The translations under genes were made by a program, and so were the position numbers. A stretch of 64,000 nucleotides of DNA from SAR202 cluster bacterium (lineage in GTDB: Bacteria; Chloroflexota; Dehalococcoidia; Lucifugimonadales; UBA826): contig JAKUTY010000004.1 of assembly GCA_022447825.1 (NCBI GenBank), positions 6,180-70,179 on the forward strand, in the 5' to 3' direction. Positions 37,596-46,804 of this stretch are shown here, piece after piece (the stretch's first letter is position 1; each line of letters starts with the position of its first letter). A model generated the notes under the pieces. That model searched no databases. It worked only from the letters and a program-made list of their open reading frames with translations, and was not told the origin of the DNA.

Positions 37596-38270
37596 ATGTT
37601 GTTGAATGTGATTTTATTGACTGTTCAAGTTGCAGTGGTGGCTACAGCAATTAATTTGCCACTATCGTTGATTATTGCTAATTATCAAGATAAATTACCT
37701 GTGAAATTCAAATTTGTTTTAGATGTTTTGATTTCATTACCTCTAGCTCTTCCTCCAGTGGTGACCGGATATTTTTTATTGATTCTTTTTTCTCCGAATG
37801 GGTTTTTAGGGGATATGTTTTATAGTGTTTTTGGGTTTGATATTGTGTTTACTTGGTTTTCTGCTTCAATAGCATCTGCCTTAGTATCATTCCCATTAAT
37901 AGTACGACCTATTATGCTTTCGTTTGCGAACATCGATCCTAATTTAGTTAATTCAGCTAGATCGTTGGGAGCAAATAAATTTCAATGTTTTTATAAAATT
38001 AAATTGAATTTAGCTTTGCCTGGTATATTGGCTGGGATAATTTTAGGCTTTACTAGGTCGTTAGGAGAATTTGGAGCTACCATTATGGTAGCTGGGAATA
38101 TACCTGGGAAGACTCAGACATTACCTTTAGCTATTTACACTAGTGTCCAAGTTGGCGATGAATCTAAGATTTATGTACTGGTAGGTTTGTCTATTGGATT
38201 GGCTTTAGTTTCTTTATCCTTATACAACTTGATTTTGTATAGGGATAAAAATTCCAATAAGAATCGATAA
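37596..38270 (+). CDS. modB: Molybdate ABC transporter permease
   Basis: 224 aa, about 5 TM, with an EAA-like loop (ARSLGANKFQ...LPG). Confidence 0.88.
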   Translation: MLLNVILLTVQVAVVATAINLPLSLIIANYQDKLPVKFKFVLDVLISLPLALPPVVTGYFLLILFSPNGFLGDMFYSVFGFDIVFTWFSASIASALVSFPLIVRPIMLSFANIDPNLVNSARSLGANKFQCFYKIKLNLALPGILAGIILGFTRSLGEFGATIMVAGNIPGKTQTLPLAIYTSVQVGDESKIYVLVGLSIGLALVSLSLYNLILYRDKNSNKNR

Positions 38271-38285
38271 GGATATTTAATTCGT

Positions 38286-39332
38286 ATGCATTCTTTCAAA
38301 ATTCAAGTCTTTAAAAAAACGGGAAACTTTTTGTTGGATATATTTATTCAACAACAAGCAGATATCTTGGGACTGTATGGTGTTTCCGGAAGTGGAAAAA
38401 CAACGTTATTAAATTGTGTGGCAGGATTTCAACAACCAGATTCTGGGAAAATTGAAATAGATAATCAGGTTTTTTTTGACGCATCTAAAAATACTAATAT
38501 GTTGATAGAAAAAAGAAGGTTAGGCTATGTTTCTCAATTTTCAACGTTGTTTCCAAATATGTCAGTAAATAAAAATATTTCTTTTGGATTTGATCACACT
38601 CCAAAAAATGAGAGAATTTACTCTCCAGCAGATATCATTTCCTTTTTAGGTATAGGTCATTTGATTGATCGAAATATAAATGGTTTGTCTGGAGGAGAAA
38701 AGCAACTTGTTTCATTGGCTAGAGCTATAGCGAGTTCTCCGAAAGGGTTATTGTTAGATGAACCGTTGTCTTCATTAGATTCTCGATCAAAGATAGGGTT
38801 GATTCAGAAAATCAGGTTAATTAAAACAGAATTAAATATACCTATTTTATATGTTTCTCATTCCCCAAGTGAAATCATGTTTTTATGTGATCAAGTCTCA
38901 GTTATTTCAAAGGGAAACATTATTAATTCAGGAAAATCGTCAATTATTTTTAATTATGATGATTTAAATAATATTGATATAGAGAATTTTTTTGAATGTG
39001 AAGTTATTGATTCTTCAAATTTAAAGCTTGCTCATCAAAAAATTTTTATTTCAAACAAAATTTTTGATACTCAAAACAAAATACCAATATCACTTAACAG
39101 TTCAGATATCATTGTCAGCACAAATAATCCAGCAGGAATTAGTGCTCAAAATGTTTTTTACGGTAAATTAATTGATTATTTTGTATCGGGGAATAGTGTT
39201 TTAATATTGAGTGATATAGGGGAAGAAATCTGGTCAAAAATCACGTTAGATTCTTTTAACAGGCTCAAATTATCTAAAGGTTCAGATATTTATTTGATTA
39301 TCAAAACAAGCAATATAAATTTTCAAAATTAA
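38286..39332 (+). CDS. modC: Molybdate ABC transporter ATP-binding protein with C-terminal TOBE-like domain
   Basis: Walker A GVSGSGKTT, signature LSGGEKQ, Walker B LLLDEP, and a ~120-aa C-terminal extension. Confidence 0.88.
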   Translation: MHSFKIQVFKKTGNFLLDIFIQQQADILGLYGVSGSGKTTLLNCVAGFQQPDSGKIEIDNQVFFDASKNTNMLIEKRRLGYVSQFSTLFPNMSVNKNISFGFDHTPKNERIYSPADIISFLGIGHLIDRNINGLSGGEKQLVSLARAIASSPKGLLLDEPLSSLDSRSKIGLIQKIRLIKTELNIPILYVSHSPSEIMFLCDQVSVISKGNIINSGKSSIIFNYDDLNNIDIENFFECEVIDSSNLKLAHQKIFISNKIFDTQNKIPISLNSSDIIVSTNNPAGISAQNVFYGKLIDYFVSGNSVLILSDIGEEIWSKITLDSFNRLKLSKGSDIYLIIKTSNINFQN

Positions 39333-40546
39333 ACTAGTATTTCATTATCTAACTTAATGATTTCTCCAGATTTGAAAATTGTATGGACATTGTGCATATC
39401 CTCAATATTTGTTGATGGGTCGCCTTGTACAATTACTAAATCTGCTTGCTTACCTTCCGATACACTTCCTATTTGATGCTGAAGACCCAAACATTCAGCC
39501 GATGTAAATGTAGAGGTTTTAATAGCCTCTAAACATGAAATACCCATTTTTTTAACCATGACTTCTGGTATATAAGCGAAATCATTAAAATGCGCATTCA
39601 CCATCCCTGAATCCATTCCTGATACAAACTTGATGCCCTTATCCCACATATTTCTGAGAATTTCATATCTTTTGGAGGGGTCTCTTTTTAACGGAGTTCC
39701 TCTTAATTGGCTTAAATAACTAAGAGCTAAAGTAGGATCTACATAAATACCCTCATTTGCGATTTGATCAGCAATTTCAGGTTGATAATCATAAAATTCG
39801 GCGCTATTTTCAGAAGCTATCCAGGAACAGTGGATCAAATTGTCTACTTTAGCGTTTGTGCAATTTATGATCCCTTTAGTTGCATGACAATGGGTTGCAA
39901 TTTTAAGGCCTAAGCTATGTGCCTCTTCGACTGCGATTTGGATTATTTCTTCAGAATATTGAGGTTCATGGATATTTGTATTTGGAGTGAAGTTCCCACC
40001 AGTTGCAATAATTTTGATCCATTGAGCACCAGATTTTGAAAGAAATCTAATTGATTCAACAACTTCATCTTTTGTATCAGATTCAATCCCAAACATATTG
40101 CAATGCCCTCCAGTAGTAGTAATTGGGCTTCCAGAAGGGATAAGATTGGGTCCAACAATTATTTTAGAATCTATTGCTTTTTTTAGAGGGAAAATCACAT
40201 TATTTTTGCTTCCTAGATCCCTCATTGTTGTTACTCCTGAAAGTAAAGCTTCTCTTGCAGCTTTAGTAGCCCTGATAATTAAAGTTTCATCGGTATCATT
40301 GATTGAGTCATAGTATGCATTTTTTTCTGAACTGACATGTATATGTGAGTGCATTTCAATGAAACCAGGCAACAATGTTGAATTAGTAGTAATGATCTTT
40401 TTGTATGTTGAGTATGTAACATCATCATATGTTGTATTGGGAGATATTTTAGCTATAAGATTTTTTTCAATTACAACAAAATGATCTTTGATTATAGAGT
40501 CTGTTTCAGGGTCAATGATCTTGTCTACAAAAATTACACTATTCAT
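39329..40546 (-). CDS. Metal-dependent amidohydrolase-family protein
   Basis: FIEMHSHIH (HxH) and later His/Asp motifs. Start placed at ATG 40546, with GGGAG 6 nt upstream. ORF-track TTG 40558 is also possible. Confidence 0.8.
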   Translation of the reverse strand: MNSVIFVDKIIDPETDSIIKDHFVVIEKNLIAKISPNTTYDDVTYSTYKKIITTNSTLLPGFIEMHSHIHVSSEKNAYYDSINDTDETLIIRATKAAREALLSGVTTMRDLGSKNNVIFPLKKAIDSKIIVGPNLIPSGSPITTTGGHCNMFGIESDTKDEVVESIRFLSKSGAQWIKIIATGGNFTPNTNIHEPQYSEEIIQIAVEEAHSLGLKIATHCHATKGIINCTNAKVDNLIHCSWIASENSAEFYDYQPEIADQIANEGIYVDPTLALSYLSQLRGTPLKRDPSKRYEILRNMWDKGIKFVSGMDSGMVNAHFNDFAYIPEVMVKKMGISCLEAIKTSTFTSAECLGLQHQIGSVSEGKQADLVIVQGDPSTNIEDMHNVHTIFKSGEIIKLDNEILV

Positions 40547-40613
40547 GATTTCTCCCAACCTGATTCAAAGTTGTGTGTATACTAACCTGAATACAAACAA
40601 TAAGGTAGAAGGT

Positions 40614-41351
40614 ATGTTGTGGAAAAAAAATCAGTTTGACGGAGTAGTTGTAGATCCTGAATCATTATCTGGTGACACAAATATTTTTGCTTCTGATCTA
40701 AAAAAAGCCATCGATGATTGGAGCTCTGATTCAATAAAATTAGTTTGGCTTCAAATCAATATTCAATTTTTTAGCAATATAGCTATTGCTTCTCAATTAG
40801 GATTTATGAATCATCATGCCACAAAAGATTATGTAATGATGACATTAGCGATTGAAAAAAATACATTTATTCCCCCATATTCTACTCATTACGTTGGAGT
40901 TGGTGGAGTTGTAATTAATGATCGCAATGAAATACTTGTTGTGTCAGAAAAATATAGATCTACAGTCAAGCCTTCGTATAAATTGCCTGGTGGTGCATTG
41001 GTGCAAGGAGAACATATTTCTAAGGCTGCTATTAGAGAAGTTTTTGAAGAAACTGGAATTAATACTGAATTTCAAAAGCTTTCATTTTTCCGACATTGGC
41101 ATGGTTATAGATACGGGAAGTCAGACATATACTTTGTTGTTTTATTAAATCCACTGAATTATGAAATTAATAAACAAGAAGAAGAAATTGCAGAATGTAT
41201 ATGGATGGATCTCGAATTATTTTTAAATTCTCCTGAAATTCATGATTTTAACAAAAAAATTGTTCAATCTACATTAAATTCTCCTGGATTACAGATTACT
41301 CAGATTCCAGGATACGGGTCTGAAGATTCGTTTGAATTTTATTCCACTTAA
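40614..41351 (+). CDS. Nudix hydrolase with N-terminal pre-Nudix domain (NUDT6-like architecture)
   Basis: Nudix box GGALVQGEHISKAAIREVFEETGI. Start at ATG 40614, because the ORF-track 40488 start overlaps the divergent amidohydrolase. Confidence 0.8.
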   Translation: MLWKKNQFDGVVVDPESLSGDTNIFASDLKKAIDDWSSDSIKLVWLQINIQFFSNIAIASQLGFMNHHATKDYVMMTLAIEKNTFIPPYSTHYVGVGGVVINDRNEILVVSEKYRSTVKPSYKLPGGALVQGEHISKAAIREVFEETGINTEFQKLSFFRHWHGYRYGKSDIYFVVLLNPLNYEINKQEEEIAECIWMDLELFLNSPEIHDFNKKIVQSTLNSPGLQITQIPGYGSEDSFEFYST

Positions 41352-41355
41352 TAAA

Positions 41356-41384
41356 TTGACACTACATAGGTTGGACAGTAGAAT
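41356..41384 (+). promoter_or_regulatory. Candidate sigma70 promoter for rpmH-rnpA-yidD...
   Basis: Consensus TTGACA (41356-61), a 17-nt spacer, then TAGAAT (41379-84). A GAGGA SD precedes the rpmH ATG. Confidence 0.55.
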
Positions 41385-41408
41385 TTTAATCTTGGAAGTG
41401 AGGAATTA

Positions 41409-41546
41409 ATGCCTAAGAGAACATATCAACCTAAAAACAGACGCAGAATGAGAGTTCATGGGTTTCGATCCCGAATGAGTACAAAAAACGGCAGAAATGT
41501 ACTTAAGAGACGAATGTTTAAAGGTCGACATAAGCTTACAGTTTAG
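41409..41546 (+). CDS. rpmH: 50S ribosomal protein L34
   Basis: Own translation [45 protein letters not shown] (45 aa). Too short for the ORF track. Confidence 0.95.
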   Translation: MPKRTYQPKNRRRMRVHGFRSRMSTKNGRNVLKRRMFKGRHKLTV

Positions 41547-41575
41547 TTAATCTTATTCCTGTGTAATCTGGATGA

Positions 41576-41944
41576 TTGGGATTGAACAAACAAAATAAAT
41601 TATTAAAAACTAAAGATTTTCATAATGTTAGGAAGACTGGGCAAAGTTGGTCAGATCATAATTTAGTTTTGGTAGTTTCAAAGCATGAATTATTTTTAGC
41701 TGGAAATAATACTAGGATTGGTTTCATAGTCTCCAATAAGATTGGTAATGCTGTTGTCAGAAATAAATGTAAAAGAAGATTAAGGGAACTAATCTCTAAA
41801 ATAGAGATAGTGAATGGCTTTGATTTGGTGTTTATAGCTAGGAAATCTATAGTTTCATCTAGGTATGATGAAATTCAAGCTTCAGTGATATCCTTATTGA
41901 AGAGAGCTAAGTTAATTAAATCTACTGCCATTAATGTTGATTAG
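41576..41944 (+). CDS. rnpA: Ribonuclease P protein component
   Basis: 122 aa, basic, with an RNR-like motif KIGNAVVRNKCKRRLRE. Follows rpmH. TTG start. Confidence 0.9.
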   Translation: MGLNKQNKLLKTKDFHNVRKTGQSWSDHNLVLVVSKHELFLAGNNTRIGFIVSNKIGNAVVRNKCKRRLRELISKIEIVNGFDLVFIARKSIVSSRYDEIQASVISLLKRAKLIKSTAINVD

Positions 41945-41963
41945 TTATTAAAAGATAAAATTT

Positions 41964-42170
41964 ATGAAATTATTACTGTTGTTTATAGTTATTTACCAGA
42001 AGTCAATTTCTCCATTTTTACCAAGTGTTTGTAGGCATATGCCTACTTGCTCGGATTATTCATATGAAGCATTGCAAAAACATGGTTTATTTAGAGGATT
42101 GATTCTTACTGTTAAACGATTGTTAAGGTGTCGTCCAATGGGGACAAGCGGCTATGACCCAGTACCATAA
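41964..42170 (+). CDS. yidD: Membrane protein insertion efficiency factor YidD
   Basis: [27 protein letters not shown] signature. Confidence 0.93.
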   Translation: MKLLLLFIVIYQKSISPFLPSVCRHMPTCSDYSYEALQKHGLFRGLILTVKRLLRCRPMGTSGYDPVP

Positions 42171-42180
42171 GAGTAATGTA

Positions 42181-43407
42181 ATGAGATCTATTTATAAAAC
42201 TTTTTTAATTCCTGTTGTTTTATTTATGTTTTCATTAGGATTCATGGGGTGTACAGGTTTAACTACTGCAGAAGGTTGGGGCAGCCCATTAGTTCATGGG
42301 AATAAATTGATTGCTGCAACTATGGATGATCAGATTGTTTTTTTAAATTTAGATGATGGTAGCTCTGTAGCAAATCACATTGACATTAGATACTCAGATA
42401 CTGAAATGAAAAGAGCAATTTACGGTCAACCTGTTGCTTCTCAATTGTATTATGAAGGATCTGAGACATTATCTGAAGAATTAATTTTTGTAGCAACCTA
42501 CAATGGATTTATTCATTCAATTTTAGAATATTCTGATAATGACTATGAAATTGTTGAATCGGAGAAAATTACTGATTCTCAGATAATTGGCGGAATTCTT
42601 ACAAATCACAACAAAATATATGTAGGGACTACCGATGGGAATTTGTATTCATTTAAAATTTCATTAAAGAGAAATGACAGAGGTAATCCCGAAATTTCTT
42701 TTGAAGATGAATGGAAAATAGACTTTGATGGAGGTATTTGGTCTACTCCTTCATTACACAATGAAAGTTTGATACTAACAACCCTTGATGGACAAGTTCA
42801 TTCAGTTGATTTGGATGGCCAAATTAAGTGGAGTAAAAAATTTGACTCTGCAATTTCATCTTCTCCTTTAGTAGCTGATCAACAAGTATTGTTTGGTGGA
42901 TTTGATAGTACTTTTTACTCACTTGATGTGAATACAGGAGAGATAAATTGGACTTTTAGGGATGCGAAAAACTGGTATTGGGCTACTCCTATCTACTCTA
43001 ATGGAATAGTTTTTGCTCCTTCACTGGATGGTAATTTGTATGCTTTAGACATAGATTCAGGTAGAAAAAAATGGGATTTTAAAACAGAAGATGCTATTGT
43101 GGGTTCCCCTTTAATAATTGATGATTTGATTGTTACTGGTTCCAAAGATGGGTCCATATATGTGGCTGAATTAAAATCAGGTGAAATTTTAGGGCAATGT
43201 AATATCGATGAAAAAATTGAATCAAATATAATTACTGATATTAATTTCCCTGGAGTAATATATTTTAGTGCTAGAGATCATTCGATTAGGGCATTAAAAA
43301 TTAAATCAAATGGGAATCCAGATGAATATTGGGAGGCCCCATATTTTTCGGATAAACTAAAAGACGATAAATTAGCCCAACCAACTGATTGGGCCCCAAA
43401 TTGTTGA
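42181..43407 (+). CDS. PQQ-like (BamB/YfgL-like) beta-propeller repeat lipoprotein
   Basis: Lipobox FMGCTG. Repeated DG-x-LYALD/VHSVD blades (GNLYSF, GQVHSVD, STFYSLD, GNLYALD, GSIYVA). Start taken at ATG 42181, with in-frame 42154 also possible. Confidence 0.78.
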   Translation: MRSIYKTFLIPVVLFMFSLGFMGCTGLTTAEGWGSPLVHGNKLIAATMDDQIVFLNLDDGSSVANHIDIRYSDTEMKRAIYGQPVASQLYYEGSETLSEELIFVATYNGFIHSILEYSDNDYEIVESEKITDSQIIGGILTNHNKIYVGTTDGNLYSFKISLKRNDRGNPEISFEDEWKIDFDGGIWSTPSLHNESLILTTLDGQVHSVDLDGQIKWSKKFDSAISSSPLVADQQVLFGGFDSTFYSLDVNTGEINWTFRDAKNWYWATPIYSNGIVFAPSLDGNLYALDIDSGRKKWDFKTEDAIVGSPLIIDDLIVTGSKDGSIYVAELKSGEILGQCNIDEKIESNIITDINFPGVIYFSARDHSIRALKIKSNGNPDEYWEAPYFSDKLKDDKLAQPTDWAPNC

Positions 43408-43414
43408 GGTAGCC

Positions 43415-44356
43415 TTGGAATTTATTGGACAAATATGGAATTCAATTTTAATTCAGCCTATGGTGAATTCACTTGTCTTGCTTTATAGCATGGCCAATTC
43501 TAATTTTGGAATTGCTATTGTGCTTTTTACAATCATCATTCGAGCTGGAATGATGCCATTGACAGTAAAGCAAAGTAGGCAAATGAAAGCTATGTCTGCT
43601 CTTCAACCAAAACTAAAAGAAATTCAGGCAAAGTATAAAAGTGATCGTCAAAGACAATCTCAAGAAACTATGAAAATGTATAAAGATAATGGGGTGAATC
43701 CTATTGGTTGTTTGGGCCCCATGTTTATTCAAATGCCAATTTTTATAGCGCTATACCAAGCAATTATAAAAACAGTTCCGTCAGAACCAGAAAATTTAGT
43801 TGTTTTGTCAAAATATTTATATGGTTGGTTGCCTATGGTGAGACAATCTATTCCTATTGAAAGTACATTTTTTTGGCTAGATTTAGCTAAACCTGATCCA
43901 ACTGTTATACTCCCAATACTAGTTGGTGCATCTATGTTTTTGATGCAAAAAATGACAACTATGCCTGCTATGGATGAAAGGCAAGCTTCTACCAATAGAA
44001 TGATGTTATGGATGATGCCTATTATGTTTGGATTATTTGCATCTGATTTAATTGGACCAGGATTTCCAAGTGGGTTAGCTTTATATTGGGTGATTTCTAA
44101 CTTAGTAGGTGTAGTTATTCAAGGTTTTATTACAGGATGGGATCCATTAATTAAGCTTTTTTCATTTTTAAAATTTAATAAGTCTGAACCCGCAGTTGCT
44201 CTTGCAGGTTCGGCAGCAACATTGATAGAGGAGGAAGAGATTTATGAGAACAGTGAAGACGAGCGGGAAAACAGTGGAGGAAGCAGTAGAGATAGCGTTA
44301 ATAGAGTTAGACGCAAGCAGAAACGAAGTAGAAATAGACGTAATAAGTCAAGGTAA
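43415..44356 (+). CDS. yidC: Membrane protein insertase YidC (short monoderm-type with basic C-terminal tail)
   Basis: GIAIVLFTIIIR, MKMYKDNGVNP and GLALYWVISN motifs. The tail is RRKQKRSRNRRNKSR. TTG start with a GAGGT SD. Confidence 0.92.
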   Translation: MEFIGQIWNSILIQPMVNSLVLLYSMANSNFGIAIVLFTIIIRAGMMPLTVKQSRQMKAMSALQPKLKEIQAKYKSDRQRQSQETMKMYKDNGVNPIGCLGPMFIQMPIFIALYQAIIKTVPSEPENLVVLSKYLYGWLPMVRQSIPIESTFFWLDLAKPDPTVILPILVGASMFLMQKMTTMPAMDERQASTNRMMLWMMPIMFGLFASDLIGPGFPSGLALYWVISNLVGVVIQGFITGWDPLIKLFSFLKFNKSEPAVALAGSAATLIEEEEIYENSEDERENSGGSSRDSVNRVRRKQKRSRNRRNKSR

Positions 44357-44879
44357 GGCTGGTATTTTAGGGATTGGGAGCGAATTAGCAGCAGTAAATG
44401 TCACAAAAATTGATAATGTTGATGATTCTATAAAAATTGGCTATGAAATTGTTAGCCAATTAATTGAACTGATGGGTGTTGATTTAGATCTAAATATTAT
44501 TCATAAATCTGATGAAGGGGAAACCGAATCTTTATTGGAGATAGTGGGAGATGATTCAGGCCTTCTAATTGGAAGAAAAGGAGAAACTCTTAAGGCTCTT
44601 CAATTTTTAACAAATGTTTTGGTTAGTAATAAAACAGGTGTTAAATCTAGAGTTTCCATAGATGTAGAAGGGTATGAAGATCGTAGAAATCAATCTTTGA
44701 TAAATTTAGCTAACAGGGTGGCTCAAAGAGTAACGAAAACAGGCCGTGATATAGAATTAGAGCCGATGAATCCTCGTGAAAGGCGTGTCATTCATATGGC
44801 TTTAGCTGACCATTCATCCGTTGCTACTGAAAGTTCCGGGTCAGGTTTTGACCGAAGAGTGGTAATCTCTCCCATTTAA
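44244..44879 (+). CDS. jag: Jag/KhpB RNA-binding protein (Jag_N, KH, R3H)
   Basis: GKTVEEAVEIALIELDASRNEVEIDVISQGKAGILG (Jag_N) and an R3H-like LEPMNPRERRVIH. GGAGG SD about 10 nt upstream. Overlaps yidC by 113 nt in another frame. Confidence 0.9.
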   Translation: MRTVKTSGKTVEEAVEIALIELDASRNEVEIDVISQGKAGILGIGSELAAVNVTKIDNVDDSIKIGYEIVSQLIELMGVDLDLNIIHKSDEGETESLLEIVGDDSGLLIGRKGETLKALQFLTNVLVSNKTGVKSRVSIDVEGYEDRRNQSLINLANRVAQRVTKTGRDIELEPMNPRERRVIHMALADHSSVATESSGSGFDRRVVISPI

Positions 44880-44906
44880 TGTAAATATATGTGACATCAA
44901 AGAGAG

Positions 44907-46058
44907 TTGCACCTAATGAACAATAATTTTGGTTCTAACAGGCATTATCTAACATTGTCATATATTGCAGTTTCTGTCCTTATAATTGGGGTGGTAATTT
45001 TTTGCATATATATGATCCGAGGTGCTTTTGTTCCTTTTGTAATAGGTTTGATATTAATATATTTGTTTAACCCGTTTTTAGAGTTGATTGAAAAAATCCT
45101 TCCGATTAACCATAAGACTCGACCTAGGCTTACTAGACTTATAGCTGTCACATTTGTAGCCGTTTTGTTGGTGACATTAATTACTATAGCTTTTGTATTG
45201 ATAATTCCTAGTTTAGTTAATCAGAGTTCTGAGTTAATTAAAGTACTTCCCGAGCTTTTAACAAATATTGTTGCATCATTTGATTCATGGACTAGGCAAT
45301 ATATACAAGACATTCCAATTGGCATCAGAGATCAAATTGATTCTAGTTTGGCAAATGCTGGAGAAATGATCATTCAAGCTATAAGTGAAATCTTAAGTAG
45401 AACTGCTGTGGCAGTAGTGAATGCGTTAACCATGGTGTTAGGTTTAGTAGTTCTTCCACTTTTTATATTTTATGGGTTAAAAGACAAGGAAATCATCAGA
45501 ACGTCAGTGATAGGTTTTTTCCCAGCAGATATTCAAATCCATGTAGTTCACGTATTTAGAATTATAGATAGAATTTTGGGCGCATATGTCCGGGCTCAAG
45601 CTGCTATAGCAGTATTTGTGGGAATAATTATTGCAGCAGGATTGACTTTGCTTGATGTAGATTATGGGCTAGTTTTGGGATTGATAGCCGGTATTTTTGA
45701 GTTAATACCAATTGTTGGTTCATATTTGGGTGCGGTGCCTGTTGCCATAATAGTTTTGGCTACTGATCCAGATAAATTTATTTGGGTAGCCTTGTTGTAC
45801 TTGGTAGTTCAAGCATTTCAAGGAGGTATTTTAGCTCCTAGGATTCAAAGTTCTGCTATGAAAGTTCACCCCATACTTTTTTTAGTTTCAATTATGATAG
45901 GGAGCGAGATTGCGGGTGTATGGGGAGTTATTTTGGGGCCCCCTGTAGTAGCTGCTTCTAAAGAATTAATTGCATATTTTCGAGATCAGAATACTCAAAT
46001 AGTTGAATCAAGTGATCAAGTGGCTATTATTGAAGATGTCAAAACATTAAATGAATAA
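44907..46058 (+). CDS. AI-2E family transporter (PerM/UPF0118)
   Basis: 383 aa, about 8 TM, family-like pattern. The start could be ATG 44916 instead of TTG 44907. Confidence 0.8.
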   Translation: MHLMNNNFGSNRHYLTLSYIAVSVLIIGVVIFCIYMIRGAFVPFVIGLILIYLFNPFLELIEKILPINHKTRPRLTRLIAVTFVAVLLVTLITIAFVLIIPSLVNQSSELIKVLPELLTNIVASFDSWTRQYIQDIPIGIRDQIDSSLANAGEMIIQAISEILSRTAVAVVNALTMVLGLVVLPLFIFYGLKDKEIIRTSVIGFFPADIQIHVVHVFRIIDRILGAYVRAQAAIAVFVGIIIAAGLTLLDVDYGLVLGLIAGIFELIPIVGSYLGAVPVAIIVLATDPDKFIWVALLYLVVQAFQGGILAPRIQSSAMKVHPILFLVSIMIGSEIAGVWGVILGPPVVAASKELIAYFRDQNTQIVESSDQVAIIEDVKTLNE

Positions 46059-46060
46059 AT

Positions 46061-46804
46061 ATGATTGCAAACTTTGTTTTAGATAAATCTGGCACAGCAA
46101 TAATTACTTTTGTTGATCAACTTGGATCGAATATTTCTTACCAAGATTGTTTTTGGGAATTAGAAGACTTAGTAGAAAAAATAGAATTTGATCACACTAT
46201 TAAATCGGTGATTTTTACATCAGAATTTGAAGATTTTTTCCCAGTTAATTTTATTGATGGGCATTCAGAGTTTGTTTTGGAAAACTCTATTACTCAATTG
46301 ATTTCAGAAATTAGACAGCCTGTAATTGTGTCTGTAGAGAAAAATGCAAAAGATTATGGGTTTGAATGTATGATAAGTGCAGACATTGTAGTGTGTAATA
46401 ATCAGTCAAATTTCTCATATGAGCAATTGGCTAAAGGTCAACCTCCTCTTGGAGGGATTACGCAAAGATTACCTAGATTAATTGGGGTCGGTAGATCCTT
46501 AGATATAATTTTGACGGGAAAAGAAATTGCATCTGCTGAAGCTTTAGAGATTAATCTTGTTCAATATGTTGCTCAAGCTACATCTATAGATGAAAGTTTA
46601 ACAATATCTCATTCAATTAACCAAATGGCTCCAATAGCTGTTTTTTATATTAAAGAAGCTGTGAAAACTGGAAAAGAAATGACTTTGACTCAAGGAATTT
46701 CTTTAGAAGCGGACTTAAGTTTTCTTTTGCAAAGTACATTTGATAGGAAAGAAGGATTAAGTTCATTTTTTAATAAAAGAAATCCCGAATTTAAAGGCGA
46801 ATGA
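46061..46804 (+). CDS. Crotonase-fold protein, divergent (canonical oxyanion/catalytic motifs not evident)
   Basis: Retains the GGITQRLPRLIG core, but FCAGADL is replaced by EDFFPVNF. Confidence 0.65.
   Translation: MIANFVLDKSGTAIITFVDQLGSNISYQDCFWELEDLVEKIEFDHTIKSVIFTSEFEDFFPVNFIDGHSEFVLENSITQLISEIRQPVIVSVEKNAKDYGFECMISADIVVCNNQSNFSYEQLAKGQPPLGGITQRLPRLIGVGRSLDIILTGKEIASAEALEINLVQYVAQATSIDESLTISHSINQMAPIAVFYIKEAVKTGKEMTLTQGISLEADLSFLLQSTFDRKEGLSSFFNKRNPEFKGE

Noticed and set aside
40488-40613. 5' extension of the Nudix gene
   Set aside because: It runs through the divergent amidohydrolase start region. ATG 40614 follows an AAGGTAGAAGG SD-like stretch.
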